Assembly: GCA_964016885.1 (NCBI GenBank)
Contig: OZ024745.1
Location: 84,072,001-84,136,000 of the forward strand
DNA length: 64,000 nucleotides
DNA from: Eledone cirrhosa
Lineage: Eukaryota
Direction of reading: 5' to 3'
Shown here: positions 1 through 13,629 of the stretch, in pieces
Numbering within the stretch: the first letter of the stretch is position 1
How the letters are laid out: each line of letters opens with the position of its first letter
Made by a program: the position numbers and the translations under genes
Notes under the pieces: model-generated
Seen by the model: the letters and a program-made list of their open reading frames with translations, nothing else
Database searches by the model: none
Told to the model about the DNA's origin: nothing

Positions 1-38
1 GAATAGCGGAGCCGATGTGAAGCGTGTCTTACTCTATC

Positions 39-70
<32 letters not shown>

Positions 71-180
71 CAAAGACAGACACATGTGTACATCTTACAA
101 TCTACATGATTTATTTCGCGTGTTATCTTATCGTTAACTCTAAATCAAACCACATTTCCCCCACTTCCACCCTTCCTTTT

Positions 181-550
181 GTGAGTGTTGTTGATATTGG
201 GGGCGCTGTTGTTGTTACTGCTTTTATTGCTGTTATGGCTGTTGTTGTTGTGGCTGTTGGTGTTGTGGTTGTAGGTGTTGCTGTTGTAGTTGCTGTAGTA
301 ATGGTGGTTGTGGTTATCGTTGTCAGTGGTGGTGATAGTGTTATTTTTATTGCTGTTGTGGTTGCGGCTGTAGCAGTGGGTTTGTTGTTGTTGTGATTGT
401 GGTTGTTGTTGGTGATGGTGGTTGTGATGATGTTGTTATTGTGTTTAAGTTGCTGTTGGGGTCGTGGTTGTAGTTGTGGTTGTGGTTGTGGTTGTGCTTG
501 TTTTATCTTGGTGATGGTGGTGTTATTTTGGTGTTGTTTTTGTTGTTTCA
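181..550. repeat. (GTT/GGT)n low-complexity trinucleotide tract
   Basis: Degenerate GTT/GGT/GCT runs; source of the poly-V/poly-T ORFs. Confidence 0.9.
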
Positions 551-939
551 AATACATGAGTTTGTCTTTCTTGACGCCAGTCTTGGTGGAGAAGAAAGAG
601 CACTAACCATTGTCAACAGACTATTGTCACTAATAAACAATACTTTCACAGTTGCGACTAACGTTAATGCAGAAGTTACAATATTCAGACCTTGTTTATT
701 TATCACTATGTATTAAATAAACGTCGTTATTTAGCGGAGCAAGGGTCTTTTCTGGTTTTCCTTTCCTGCTATGCAGCTTTTATCGTTCACAACAGAAATG
801 ACACTCTGACACGGCTACGTGTGTCTGTGCGGGTCTATGTGTGTGCGTTCGCGTTTATGTGAGGTGTGTGTGAGTGTATGTCCATGTGAGTGCGTGAAGG
901 TTTGAATATTTTACTATCACTGTCTTTCTTCGACTTTCA

Positions 940-1234
940 CACCTTTTTTCTTTCTCTCTCTCTTCCTCTCTCTCCCCGTCTCTCTTCCTCTCTCATCCAT
1001 CTCTCTCTATATATTTCCTCTCTCTCTGTATTCTTGTCCCTTATGTTCTGTCTGTCTCTCTTTAACCCTTTACCTTCTCTCTCTTCCTCTCCCCCTCTCT
1101 CTCTCTCCCTATTCCCCCTCTCTCTGTATTCTTGCCCTTCATGTTCTGCCTGTCTCTCTTTATCCCTCTCACTTCTCTCCCTCTCTCTCACTTTCTCTCT
1201 CTCCCTTTCACCCTCATAGATCTCACTTCTTTTC

Positions 1235-1279
<45 letters not shown>

Positions 1280-1570
1280 TCTCACCCTCATACATCTCAC
1301 TTGTTTTCCAATAACTCTCTCCCGACTTGATGTATACATACATTCTTTCTCTATATTTATCTATCGCTATATCTGTCAATCTGTTTCTGTCTCTCTGTCT
1401 TGTATCTCTTTTACTTTCTCTCTCCTTCACTTTCACCCCCCCCCCCCCTTATTCTTTCCTCCAATCATTTAACTTCGTACCTCTCTATATCACCTAACAC
1501 ACACTTTCTCTGTACATTCTCTTTTTCACTGTCTTTTTCTTTCAGCATCTGATCGTATCTCACTCCCAAC

Positions 1571-1632
<62 letters not shown>

Positions 1633-1831
1633 TTCTCTCTTCCTCTCTCTCAATCTCTCTCTCATACACTCCCACACGCACATACACACGTTTATTCATT
1701 CTCCTCTACTTCTCACCTTCTCTCTCTCCCTCTATCTCTCCTCTCTCATTCTTTTCCTAGCTCTCCCTCTCTTTCTCTCTCATAGATTCTCTCTAGCCAC
1801 GTGCTTTTCTCTATTTCGTCTTGTTATTCTC

Positions 1832-1907
<76 letters not shown>

Positions 1908-1940
1908 GTATATATATACATCGCTCTTTCTCCCTCCCTT

Positions 1941-1982
<42 letters not shown>

Positions 1983-2270
1983 ACCTTCACCCTGTTCTCA
2001 GCTATCTGTCTCTCTCACACTTTTTCTCTAGCTCGCATTTCTTTTTCTTCTCTCTATTTTCTTTTGATCACCCCCCCTCTCACTCTCTCCCTTACTGTCT
2101 CTAGTTCTTCCTCTTTCTCTCTTTCTCTCTTCCCCTCCCTCCTCTCTCTCACTCGAAATTGTTCTTTACTAGGCTTTTGCTTTTCTCTATTTTTCTGAAG
2201 GTTCCTCCCACTCTTCTTTCTCTCCCTCTCTGTCTCTCTTTCCCTTCCTCTCTCCTTCACCTGTCTCATC
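940..2270. repeat. CT-rich polypyrimidine region with (CT)n and (TA)n microsatellites
   Basis: Pure (CT)n at about 1573-1625 and 1834-1864; (TA)n at 1864-1918. Confidence 0.95.
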
Positions 2271-2569
2271 CAGTGACTGCCATGCACGCTACACTATGTC
2301 TATGTCTTGGCTGAAAACAGTCCAGACTTTGGAGCGGTTTTCTAAATCTCGTATTCTTCCTATATTACGATGCTACAGCCGGAGACATATTTCACAAATA
2401 TAAACAACACAACAACCAAATATAGCCGAATAAGACAATACCCCAGCTATTAATTTCCTTGGTGTAAACAGTACTTCATATTGTCACGATAGACGACGGT
2501 AAGTAAAGTAAATAGTTATACTTCTACACACTTTTTCACCCCCCCCCCCCCCCACACGCACACACACAC

Positions 2570-2659
<90 letters not shown>

Positions 2660-2683
2660 CACACACATATATGTACATAACTA

Positions 2684-3118
2684 TTCCATTTAACTTTTCA
2701 GCTTCGCTAAAATAAAGTAGCAGTCCAGGGTGGTTGTTTGGCAGAATTATTAACACACCAGACCAGATACCGTGTGGTATTTGTTCCAAGTCCTTGCGTT
2801 CTGAGTTCAAATTCCACACTAGCCTACTTTGCTTGGTAGACATAATCTAGCACTTGACCATGCCTCAGTCCCATCACATTGAGAGCCTCTAAATTGATTA
2901 TGGAAACATGGTACTGTGTGTTGGTCAAGTGGTAGTGTTGTTAAAACGGATGGCAGATTATGTCTACCAGGCCAAGTAGGCTAGTGTGGGATTTGAACTC
3001 AGAACACAAGGAGCTGGAATATATACCACACGGTATCTAGTTTGGCGTGTTAATAATTCTGCCAATCCACCACCCTGGACGGCTACTTTATTTTAGCGAA
3101 ACTGAAAAATTAAAGGAA
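2684..3118. repeat. ~430-bp imperfect palindrome with SINE-derived arms
   Basis: 2695-2848 is the reverse complement of 2955-3108; inner CACTTGACCA (2851) pairs with TGGTCAAGTG (2922); arms contain the SINE motif CTGAGTTCAAAT. Confidence 0.85.
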
Positions 3119-3356
3119 AATTTAAACTTGGTAGGATTTGATTTCAGAACGCAAAGTGTCAAAGCAACACCGCAAGGCATCTTGCCTCACTCTCTGATTC
3201 TGCTAATTCATGCAGCTATACACATACATATAGAATATACATACATATACACCATAGACACATAACATTAGTAAATGTCAAACATTTAACATCCATTTAA
3301 CACAAACACACGAACACACGCACAGAAAAACACACTGACACGAACACACGCACAGA

Positions 3357-3396
<40 letters not shown>

Positions 3397-3716
3397 CGCA
3401 CTCAAACATATATAAGCACACGCATACACGAACACACGCACCCACAAACACAAATACACACGAAACATGCACACAAACCCACGCATCCAAACACACGTCT
3501 GCAAAATCACACACACACCCACACACCCACATATATAATCACATACACAAACACACCCTATGTGCACATAACGATACATATTGCATCCCTATACAAGCAC
3601 GAGAATTATTCATGCAGAGAAACACGATAATATACGTACATTTGTACATACAGGCTCGCGCACCCATGCCTATACACTTAATCCACACATAGAAGTATGA
3701 TGAGATCTACACAAAT

Positions 3717-3747
<31 letters not shown>

Positions 3748-3749
3748 TC

Positions 3750-4557
3750 AAAAACAGGCTGATACACATAGCACACCACATAAAAAGAAATCTTTGACAT
3801 CTACAGAAGCACACACGCACACACAAACAGGCTGATACACATAGCACAACACATAAAAAGAAATCTTTGACATCTACAGAAGCACACACACACACACACA
3901 CATACAGGCTGATACACATAGCACAACACATAAAAAGAAAGGCATTGGCATCCACAGAAGCACACACACACAAACAGGCTGATACACATAGCACAACACA
4001 TAAAAAGAAAGGCATTGGCATCCACAGAAGCACACACACACACAAACAGGCTGATACACATAGCACAACACATAAAAAGAAAGGCATTGGCATCCACAGA
4101 AGCACACACACACACACATACAGGCTGATACACATAGCACAACACATAAAAAGAAAGCCATTGGCATCCACAGAAGCACACACACACACACATACAGGCT
4201 GATACACATAGCACAACACATAAAAAGAAAGGCTTTGACATCCACAGAAGCACACACACACACACATACAGGCTGATACACATAGCACAACACATAAAAA
4301 GAAAGGCTTTGACATCCACAGAAGCACACACGCACACATACAGGCTGATACACATAGCACAACACATAAAAAGAAAGGCTTTGACATCCACAGAAGCACA
4401 CACGCACACATACAGGCTGATACACATAGCACACCACATAAAAAGAGAAAGGCTTTGACATCCACAGAAGCACACTCGCACACATACAGGCTGATACACA
4501 TAGCACAACACATACAAAGAAAGGCTTTGACATCCACAGAAGCACACACACATACAC
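3750..4557. repeat. ~72-bp minisatellite, 11 copies
   Basis: Unit CAGGCTGATACACATAGCACAACACATAAAAAGAAAGGC...CATCCACAGAAG(CA)n starts near 3755, 3828, 3905, 3975, 4047, 4121, 4195, 4269, 4341, 4413 and 4487. Confidence 0.95.
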
Positions 4558-5053
4558 ACTTATATTCTTAAATATAAACAGATGCACATAACACAACACG
4601 CATAGGTAGGTACTGACAACTGCAGGAACACACAGACACGGGCGCGCACACATATATTCTTAAATTTATACAGATCTTCGTAACACAACAATGATAAAGT
4701 GATGACATCCACAGAAACACCCCCACTCAGTCCCCCCCCCCATACACACAGACATTCACAGGGAAGCATATATATAAACATGCTGATGCACACAACTCTC
4801 ATCTCACCGGTAGAAACATATTCACACTCGAACAAACAAATACAAACACACCCACTCAAATAAACATTCACACACGCACATACAAAAACTCATACGCATG
4901 AATAGATATATACACAGCAATACGCCTGGATAAAGTTTCCTTTCACTTTCGTTTTCTAAAGGTCTGTTTATTGATCCCTTATATGAAAAAATATCTCTGT
5001 TAATATTGATTACTAACAATGGCACAATACCATACTTTTCGGTGGCACAATTG

Positions 5054-5248
5054 TAGACCTGCCAACCTCTAAAAACACAAACGGAGAGTACCATGATAAA
5101 ATGTGACCCAAACCGGGGAGAAATGAGGCAAAATGGGGAGAGTTTACGTAATGAAAGCTATACCAATTTTCACAAGAGAAGACATTACTCATCCACCTAA
5201 AAGTGGGTGGGAGATCTCCTCGACGGACGGGGAGAGTTGGCAGGTCTG
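5054..5248. mobile_element. MITE with 6-bp TSD (hAT-like termini)
   Basis: TIR TAGACCTGCCAAC / GTTGGCAGGTCTG, flanked by CAATTG on both sides; homologous to 12355-12524. Confidence 0.8.
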
Positions 5249-5254
5249 CAATTG

Positions 5255-5570
5255 ATAGAGTCGACCTAAGTATTTGACTGGTACCTGGTGAATTTGAAAC
5301 TACGAAACGTAAGAAAATACTGCAAGTCATTCTGTCCGACAGTCTACTGATTCTGCCACACGTTAGCCCGCAGTCTTTGTGTAGCTATTAATATTGATTT
5401 CTAACTTAGGTACAAGGCCAGCAAATTTGGGAGCAAGACAAAATCGATTAAATCAACCCCAGCCCTTGACTGGTACTTTATTTTATTGTCCCCAAAAGGT
5501 TGAAAGGCAAAGTTGACCTTAGTGAGATTTGAACTCAAAATGTAGAGAACAAATACCGCAATGACATTTA
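5255..5570 (-). mobile_element. SINE remnants (family with GAGTTCAAAT...TTTGCCTTTCA...AAGTACCAG)
   Basis: Reverse complement of the SINE consensus seen at 32157-32545. Confidence 0.7.
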
Positions 5571-5599
5571 ATTCGAAGCTTCTGAACTTATGAACCAGC

Positions 5600-5975
5600 A
5601 ATTTTCATCTTTTCCTGTCTCTTGCCATTGCCATACATTCCGCCAAACTCCTTTCTGCCCATTCCTTAATATCCTCTGTCCCTCTCCTTTTCTGCCGTCC
5701 CCTGGCCTTTTTTCCATTGTATTCGTCCCCCAAGAATGTGGGTAGTCAAATTTTGGGCCTTGATGACATGACCGAAATACAGAAGTTTCATCTTCTTTAA
5801 TGTTTCAAGCAACTGTCGATTGGCACCAGTCTCTTCCAGGACAGATTCATTTGTTCTGTGAGCTGACCATCTAACTCTGAGTGCAAGCCTATAGCATGAT
5901 ATTTCAAATGCACTCAGACGTTTCAAGTCAGATGCCTTTAAACTCGATGACTCAAAACCATATAAAATATATAGC
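5600..5975 (-). pseudogene. RTE-clade LINE 3' fragment
   Basis: LYGFES...LSAFEISCYRLALRVRW...TNESVL...LLYFGHVI is typical of the RTE C-terminus. Confidence 0.8.
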
Positions 5976-7424
5976 AGTAAAATACAGGGAGTCGTTTCAA
6001 TTGACAAAATATCCCCGCAATAAATATGCAATTTTGCGTCAGTATAACGAAGTATATTCTCCAATGGGGAAGTCTACTACCTTATAGTTTTGTGGGATCA
6101 AAATCACCGTAACGCTTTCGCTTTATATCGGAACCGGATATTTTATCTCTACGTACCGCAATTCACCTAGTTCGAAAATCTTACAAGAAATTTACCTACA
6201 ATATCGCTTCGACCACTAACCTGAGTACAGCTACCCCTAACCCCTAACACAAAGGAGCAGACGATAACTAAATACTAGGTTATGTCCAGCGGTTCCCTTT
6301 TTGTGCTCGATCGCTGGACTGAGAAAGGAACTTTACAAGGTGGAATGGCTGTTACAACGAATGTGGCTGGCTGTTCTCCGCGGCAATGCTTTTGCCATTT
6401 CGTCCATGAGACACAACTGAGATAAACCACCCATCCAATGGTGGACATTTTGCCCCACCCTTCCACTTTATTTCCTTATTTAATTTTTCTCCATCCACCC
6501 CATTTTTTCTTTCTTCCACATGTAAACTTCACACCCTTGAAGTGATTTGTCCTTCAACTATTTAAACTTGTTTTATGTTGAATTAAACCCTACATTACTC
6601 ATGTATTGGTTTTGTGAAAGGATCATTTTGTGAGTCCATAAAATATGTGCCAGTCGAGTCTATACATGGTCACCCATCGGCTAAAAATAGTAGCCAACAA
6701 TTCCCTCATATCACATCTTACTGTCAAAATAAAGGACATTGTACTAGGGAAATGAAGGAGCCATGTCTCTAATGAACTAACTTTGATAATATGTACGCCA
6801 CCCTATCAGGTGACTTGTAGCAAATTACACTACTTTTCAGAACTACATTCTCTTATCTTATTTCATTTATTGGAGTGGGGTTACAGGCTATTAAATTTTT
6901 AATTCGTAATGTAAGAAATCTATTGAATGCTATGCTAAATTATCAATTGAATAAATTAGAGTCGTTCTACAAGAAGCTACTTTCTAGCACAACCCTTTTT
7001 TGTGATACTGTTTGTATAATATTTCTGACAACCTAAAGATTTATGAGAAGTGAATTGAATCTAAACGACAAGAACATCAAGTACCAGAATTGTGCCAGAT
7101 TCGGTTTAAACATAATGAACAGCTTTATATCTATGTAAGGAAGCTATTATTAGATGAATTGATGTATTAAGAATCCCTGAAGTAGTAAGCTAAATTTCCA
7201 TCTAAACGACGCTGGGACCCAGTTTCAATTAATTGAAGCCAAACATTTACACAGGTAATGCCTTCCAGAAAAACTGAGACGCCATCACTTCCTTTTGTTC
7301 CCTATCGTAAAATACACAAAAGTTATACCTGCCCCATAAAATCAATACTATCTTCTATGACACGCTCTGTTTGATGATAGTAGTAATCCGGAGCCTAATT
7401 AAACGCATAAACATCCTCGACCTT

Positions 7425-9000
7425 TTTCTCCTCTTCTTCTTCGCCCCCTTATTCCTCAGAGGGTCGTGGGAGCAGAATCCTCTAACTCGTCTTCCAGCGG
7501 ATACTGTCAGAAGCAACCGTCTCCAATTGATCCGGCTAGAGCTTCAAGCTAGACCAGTGGAGCTAATAGATGTTATCCAACCATCTTGTATGAGCTCTAT
7601 TCCTGGGTCTCTTGTCGATTGATTTTACCCGTAAAATCTGTCCAGCGGTTCTTTCCTGAGACATTCTAACATGTTCGTAATGTCGGAGCTGTGATCTCCG
7701 ATTTGGTGGAAGTAGCAGCGCTACTTGGACAAGTCTCTGATCTCCGACCTCCGCACCCTATCGAGTAACGTAGCTTCAAAAACTCTTCGGGGTAACCCCA
7801 TTTTGGTCGCTTGAATTTGCGATCGTATTTTTGGGGGGTCATTACCCAAGATTCATGATGATAGCTAACGGTTGTCACGAATACCAAACTGAAGATATCA
7901 TGTTTGGCTTTTGCACCTACGTTCCTTTTTCTGGTGACCGAATACTGAAGCTGGCGCCTTACTGCACCAGCTGCTGTAATTCTTGAACTTAATTCAGCCT
8001 CCTGCTTTCTATCACACGTGAACACGGCCCCGAGATTCTTCAACTTCTCCACCTTCTCAGTAGAACTCAACGCACATATAGGGTGCACTGCGCAGACTTC
8101 TTTGAGAGAATGAGTGTTCCAGTCTTCGCAGCACTGATTTTCATTCCTGCTGTGCAGCACTTGGCATCAAACCTATCAAGTGCATGTCAAAGATCACCAT
8201 CTGACGAGTAAGTAGTACCATGTCTTCCGCAAATTGCAACCGACTGAACCTACACCCACCAGTCTCGATACCACTTTCAACCCGGCTGCACATATCAATC
8301 CTGTCCATCAATATTATGAACAGGAGAGTTGAGAGTACATACCCTTGGCAGAGGCCGACACCCACATTGGCTGGTTTCGACTTAACATCATTTATCCGAA
8401 CAAAAATGTTTTTTCATTCATACAGAGAGATCAGGGAAACCAGAAGCTGTTCCTCGATCCCATACCGTTGCTGAGCTTTCCACAACAGGTCCCGTGGAGT
8501 GTGGTCATGAGCCTTTTCGAGATCTACGAAACAAGAATACACCTCTTGGCAGTATTCCAATGATTTCTCAAAACCTGTATGCCTTCTTTGCTCAGATGGC
8601 ATCTTTGACCACTTGATTGAACCCAGGCGTCCTCCTGCCACCCAACGCCAAACTAAGCTGCTTTCGCTCGCTGGATTTAACAGCTGAAACAGAATCTGCT
8701 GAGCTGAACAGTCTCAACTCTGTTTCAACGTTCTCAATTTGCTCAGGGAGTCCTCTGAATTTGGATGCAATAGTATCCGCAAACCTGTTCTTGAATTCCT
8801 CATCTGCAAGCACTTCCCATTTTATCCTGTTGGTCGAGCTGGATCTGCAAGTTTCGTGGGTTCTCTTGGCTTTAGGTAGACTCATGTTGCAGATAACTAG
8901 ATGGTGATCAGTTAACAGCTCAACCCCTTTCTTAACATAGACATCCTCGATCGCTACTGAAATACACCTCCAGTTGATTAGCAGAGACTTACTCTTTAAC
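7425..9000 (-). pseudogene. Degenerate RTE-clade LINE (end of APE, RT and 3' end)
   Basis: Frameshifted pieces TDHHLVIC, CFVDLEKAHD, GLCQGYVLSTLLF, LQFAEDMVLL; GAA-repeat tail near 7430. Confidence 0.85.
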
Positions 9001-9149
9001 ACTTTTTTCTCTAGCACAAAGATACAGTTTCTCCACACCACTCTATATTTTCTATCACTACACCAATGTCCCCCCAAAAAGTCTAAATTCAGTCCCAAGC
9101 CCGGAGGTTCAATCCTCTGCTGCTTATCCCGATTTTCAGTGACGTTAAG

Positions 9150-9370
9150 CGACTGAGAGTACAAACCTCCCCACTGGACAAGACGCCAATCTACCGCAGG
9201 GTTTAATCCCCAACTCTTGCTGGCACTCAATTTCAGCTGAGTGAACTGAAGCTACGTGAAGAAGTGTTTTGCTCAAGAACACAATGGTCCACCCAGTTCA
9301 GGAATCGAGAACCTATGACATTATAAACGTACATCTAACACCCTAACCCCTAGGTCATGAGCCTCTACAC
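9150..9370 (-). mobile_element. tRNA-derived SINE
   Basis: Reverse complement has B-box-like GTTCTCGATTCC and core TGTGTTCTTGAGCAAAACACTT, shared with the copies at 53300 and 54910. Confidence 0.7.
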
Positions 9371-9769
9371 CCTCTGAAATACCTAGTTGCATACTACTTT
9401 TATTCAAACCCACTTGAACACTTATCTCTCTTTCTCTAGTTATCCATAATTTATTGTACCACTAGGCTTTGTATCAGTCCTTATACATAATATATCACCA
9501 GCAGAACGACAATTAAATAAATTCCATTCCCTCACCAATTGTTCATACATGAATTCTCTCTCAGATATTCAAGCTAAACATGAACGTTATAGATATAATT
9601 AATCTAGGAGGACTTTCAATTTCATGGACACAACCCTTTCCCCTGACAAAAACGATAAAAAAGACAAATTGCCTTCAATACACTACATATCAAAAAGATT
9701 TTCAATTATAAGCAAATAATATTTGAAAGGTTACGAAACCCAAAAACTAATTTCTATAAAAATAAGTAA

Positions 9770-11200
9770 AGTGAGCCAAGAATATGACTGGGAGTCAAGT
9801 CCTGTCATACTGTCTATCTTTTTTGTAATTGACCTCTGGGGTGCTTCAGTTTTCATAATACTTTGTTTCATGTGAGGAGATCACGGTGGACACAATATTC
9901 AAAGGGAGACTGGGTAGAGTAGAGAAGACTGATGGCATGAATTTCTCTAAACCGGAAAGTTCTGAGAGTCTAGAAAACATTCTTCCGGCCAAGTCAACTT
10001 TGGTTTTATTTATGTGAATACTCTATTTTAAGTTGTTGTCAACAATTCCTCCAAGATCTCTGGTGTTGTTTAATTCCACGACGGTTTCACCCGAGGGAAG
10101 AGAATATGGTAACTTCAATGCATCCTATTTTCCAAATTGGATTAATTCAAACTTATCTTCGTTTAGTAGCATATTGTTTTTTGTTACTTTTGAATAGCAG
10201 TGACCATAGAAGGCATGTTCGGCCTTACACTCCATTCATGACTTTCTAGAGCTTAGAACCATTTGCGAAAATTCTTATTTTGCTATGCTTCATTTTGACT
10301 ATAATGTCATTTATGTAAATAAGGAAGAGGAGTGGGCGCAACACAGTGTCTTATGTGACTCCACTACTGACTTTGGCTGAGCTTCAGCGTATAACTTCGA
10401 CCACATCATGCTGGGATCTGTTTGTCTGGAATCCTTTAATCCACTGCAGTAGCTTTTCACAGACTCCAATGTTGGATAGTTTTTCCAACAGAATGTTGTA
10501 ATAGACCCTTGCTAAAATCAAGGTAAATAACATGTGTTCGAGCCATCTCCCGAAGCATTTAAGATGTCATCAAAGTGATGCAAAAGCTGCGTCAGGCAGT
10601 CCCTGCCATCATGGAACCCATGCTGGTTTGAGTTCCGCAGATTGTTTTTTTATTCGGGGAAGTGAGTTATTCGTGATCTAACCATCCCCTCAAATACTTT
10701 GCTGATATGAGAGATGTGTGGGGCTGGACGGTAATTCACTGCAGGGAATTGTTCTCGTTTTTGAAAACTGGGACGACAGACCGTGATAAGAAATATTCAG
10801 GGATATAGCCTGTATCCAGTGATCTTCTCCAAAGATTAGCAAGAGAGGATGCAAGTTCATGTCGGCATTTCTTCAAGACACTAGCAGTGAACCTATCGTG
10901 GCCTACTGATGAGTTGTGATTCATTTTGTTTATTGTCGCTAACATATCAGGAACACCAAACATTATGCCACATATAGTGTGTTGGAGAGTTTACATTACT
11001 GATACTGTCTAGATAAACCATATCAGGATTGGTGAAAACAGAGCAGTAATGTTTCTGCAGTATTACAGATAAAGCTTAAGCATCGTCATGAAGGGTATTA
11101 TTTTGATCAACCTGAGGGTCAACAGTGGAGACAACGACCTTGTGTTTTATGGCAAATGAAGAGTGATTGAGTTTCATTTTCTCAATGGCCCAGTCCTTCC
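9770..11200 (-). pseudogene. Degenerate CR1-like LINE RT
   Basis: LANLWRRSLDTGYIP...VVPVFK, QHGFHDGRDCLTQLLHHFDDIL, GKLLQWIKGF; many stops. Confidence 0.75.
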
Positions 11201-11221
11201 CGGCTGTTCTTTGCTTATTGA

Positions 11222-11278
<57 letters not shown>

Positions 11279-11481
11279 AGAGAGAGGGAGGGGGAGATGG
11301 GGGCGACTGGCTGGCAGAGAGACAGAGACATGCATACAAACAGAGAGAAAGGAGGAATAATATATCAATAAATTATAATTGTAAGATGAAGCAATAAAAT
11401 TATGTATCACCTGGCTTATGATAGAATATTGTTTATAATTTGAAGATTCAAACTATGTATATATATATATATATATATATA

Positions 11482-11960
11482 AATAGAAACCAAAGCGAAA
11501 CAAGTCTTGTCGGCTTATCTCCCCTGTTTGCTGAGATCAAAGTGAGTGAATTTGTCACTACTTTAAAAACAATATCTTACAGTCTTCAAAATGCTTTTAA
11601 TTAAGCATAAAGTGTATTGCAAAATACATTATATATACATCCATATATATATTGCTATTTCAGAGCTCCAATTCTAATTTTTAATTTCTGCCTGACCAAC
11701 AACCGCTCTGCATAATCAGCTCCTGATTATTTACTAGATTTCTATAAGAATATAACATCAATGATCTCAGAAAACAGGTGGAGTAGTTGACCTTGATAAG
11801 CTTCAACCAAAGCGAAAAAAGTCTTGTCGGCTTATCTCCCCTGTTTGCTGAGATCAAAGTGAGTGAATTTGTCACTACTTTAAAAACAATAGCTTACGGT
11901 CTTCAAAATGCTTTTAATTAAGCATAAAGTGTATTGCAAAATACATTATATATACATCCA
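11482..11960 (+). mobile_element. PLE pseudo-LTR-like partial tandem (~317-bp period) in (TA)n
   Basis: 11488-11652 is repeated at 11805-11972; absent from the paralogous (TA)n at ~31845; contains a hammerhead motif. Confidence 0.8.
11785..11832 (+). ncRNA. Type-I hammerhead ribozyme motif, U3-A8 variant
   Basis: AGTTGACC-TTGATAA-GCTT caacca AAGC-GAAA-(C/A)AAG-TC-TT-GTCGGCT; stem I is imperfect at the junction. Confidence 0.6.
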
Positions 11961-12354
11961 TATATATATATATTCAGACATACACAAACCACTCTCGTAA
12001 ACTGTTACAAAAATTGCATCTTGATATATTTTGTAAAATATCTGTTTATTAGCATTCTCAGTAGAATTTCTACGGTTGCTTTGTTGGAAGTTTATTGAGG
12101 TCTATGACATACATAATCTATTGTGAAGATATATTTGTTCTTAAAGGGATTATAGTTGATATGGTGTAAAGCCAACATAGATATTATTAAAGGTTAAATC
12201 TTGAAAGAAAACAGTCGAAAATTATATTCTTTAAGGACTGCTGTTTATTATTATTCTTTAAGTCAAGGAATGTATGTCCTCTAGAATAATCTACGTACAA
12301 TTATCAGAAAATACCGGTTCACCTTTTCGCATTTCATTGTGACAGTATTATTAA

Positions 12355-12524
12355 CAGACTTGTCAACCTCTAAAAACCCAAACGAGGAGTACCATGGAAA
12401 AAAGTGTCCAAAAATGGGGAGATTTTACATAGACAGCTATAACCATATAGAAATCGGGGAGACGGGGAGAAATGAGCCAAAACAGGAAGATTTCCTCGTC
12501 CGACGAGGAGAGTTAATAGGCCTG
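12355..12524. mobile_element. MITE of the 5054 family, 6-bp TSD TATTAA
   Basis: CAGACTTGTCAAC...GTTAATAGGCCTG flanked by TATTAA on both sides. Confidence 0.8.
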
Positions 12525-13326
12525 TATTAAGATTATTGAAAAAGCATTTAAATAATTATGTATACTACATGCACATCAAACACCTTCAGCTATGAAACGA
12601 ATTTAAAAACATAGTCTATTATTCTATTTTAATTTACTAACCACAAGCAAGACAATAAAACCACTAAAATGAAAGGGAATATGGTCAAGTCAGAGAGTAC
12701 ATAATTCAAGAACAGAACAGATAACGATTGATGTTGCTTCGGTGTGACTTCGTTGGTAAAAGTTTAACAAATCTTTATATGCACTATTACATCCTTACTT
12801 ATATTTCAGGGAATAATGCATATAACTAAATTTGAACCAACAGTTACTGTGAACGAAATACAATAGCTACACCACTTAGCTAACAGTAATAGGCATATCA
12901 TACCTTAATCTGAAATGTTTATTACTCATATATTGTTTCTATAACAGATCAGCTTTGAATTCGTTCCATGTTTTATCAATCAATAACATATATGGTTTGT
13001 GTATAATAGGTTATGATTTCGATTTTGTTTCATAATATATGTTTTGTATATAATGGACTATGCTTTCGATTTCCTTCCATAGTATATCAGTCAATTTTCT
13101 TACGAATAAGATAAATGTTTTACGTATTATAAATTGTCTTCGTCAAATAGTTATTAGCATTACATGCGGAGACAATAGCAGAATCATGTTTTACATAATA
13201 GAAATGTGAGAATCACATCTTAAATGTTGAAATTTACAATTTCCTGCTTTACTTTGTTGTTTAGCAGAGTACAATTTCTTCTGTGTGTATATACATGTAT
13301 GGATGGATGTATGTATATATATATAT

Positions 13327-13420
<94 letters not shown>

Positions 13421-13421
<1 letters not shown>

Positions 13422-13629
13422 GTGGTAGAACAATGGAAGGTAATATCCGTAGTGGTAGAGTACTCAGTCCATGGGACGAGTTAGGTAGAAGTGGTTACAA
13501 AACAGTTAGTCACCAAACCGAGAACAATTGTTTCAACTTAGCGGATCCTCAGCTCGTAATCCTGAGCTGAGGATCCGCTAAGGTGAAACAATTGTTCTCG
13601 GTATGGTAATCTAACTGTTGTGTTACCAC

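Larger units (their letters stand above)
11182..12430 (+). repeat. Local duplication, copy 1 (paralogue at 31600-32725)
   Basis: Collinear near-identity from TCAATGGCCCAGTCC to GGGGAGATTTTACATA, apart from copy-specific insertions. Confidence 0.92.

Noticed and set aside
106-606. Mucin-like, poly-Val and Cys-rich ORFs
   Set aside because: Products of a GTT/GGT low-complexity tract
3707-4653. 250-280-aa Cys/Val-rich repeat ORFs and CRISPR-like periodicity
   Set aside because: Minisatellite with no unique spacers, in a eukaryotic context with no cas genes
6234-6248. CCCCTAA telomere-like repeats (also ~9341)
   Set aside because: Only two units; the second site lies within a SINE
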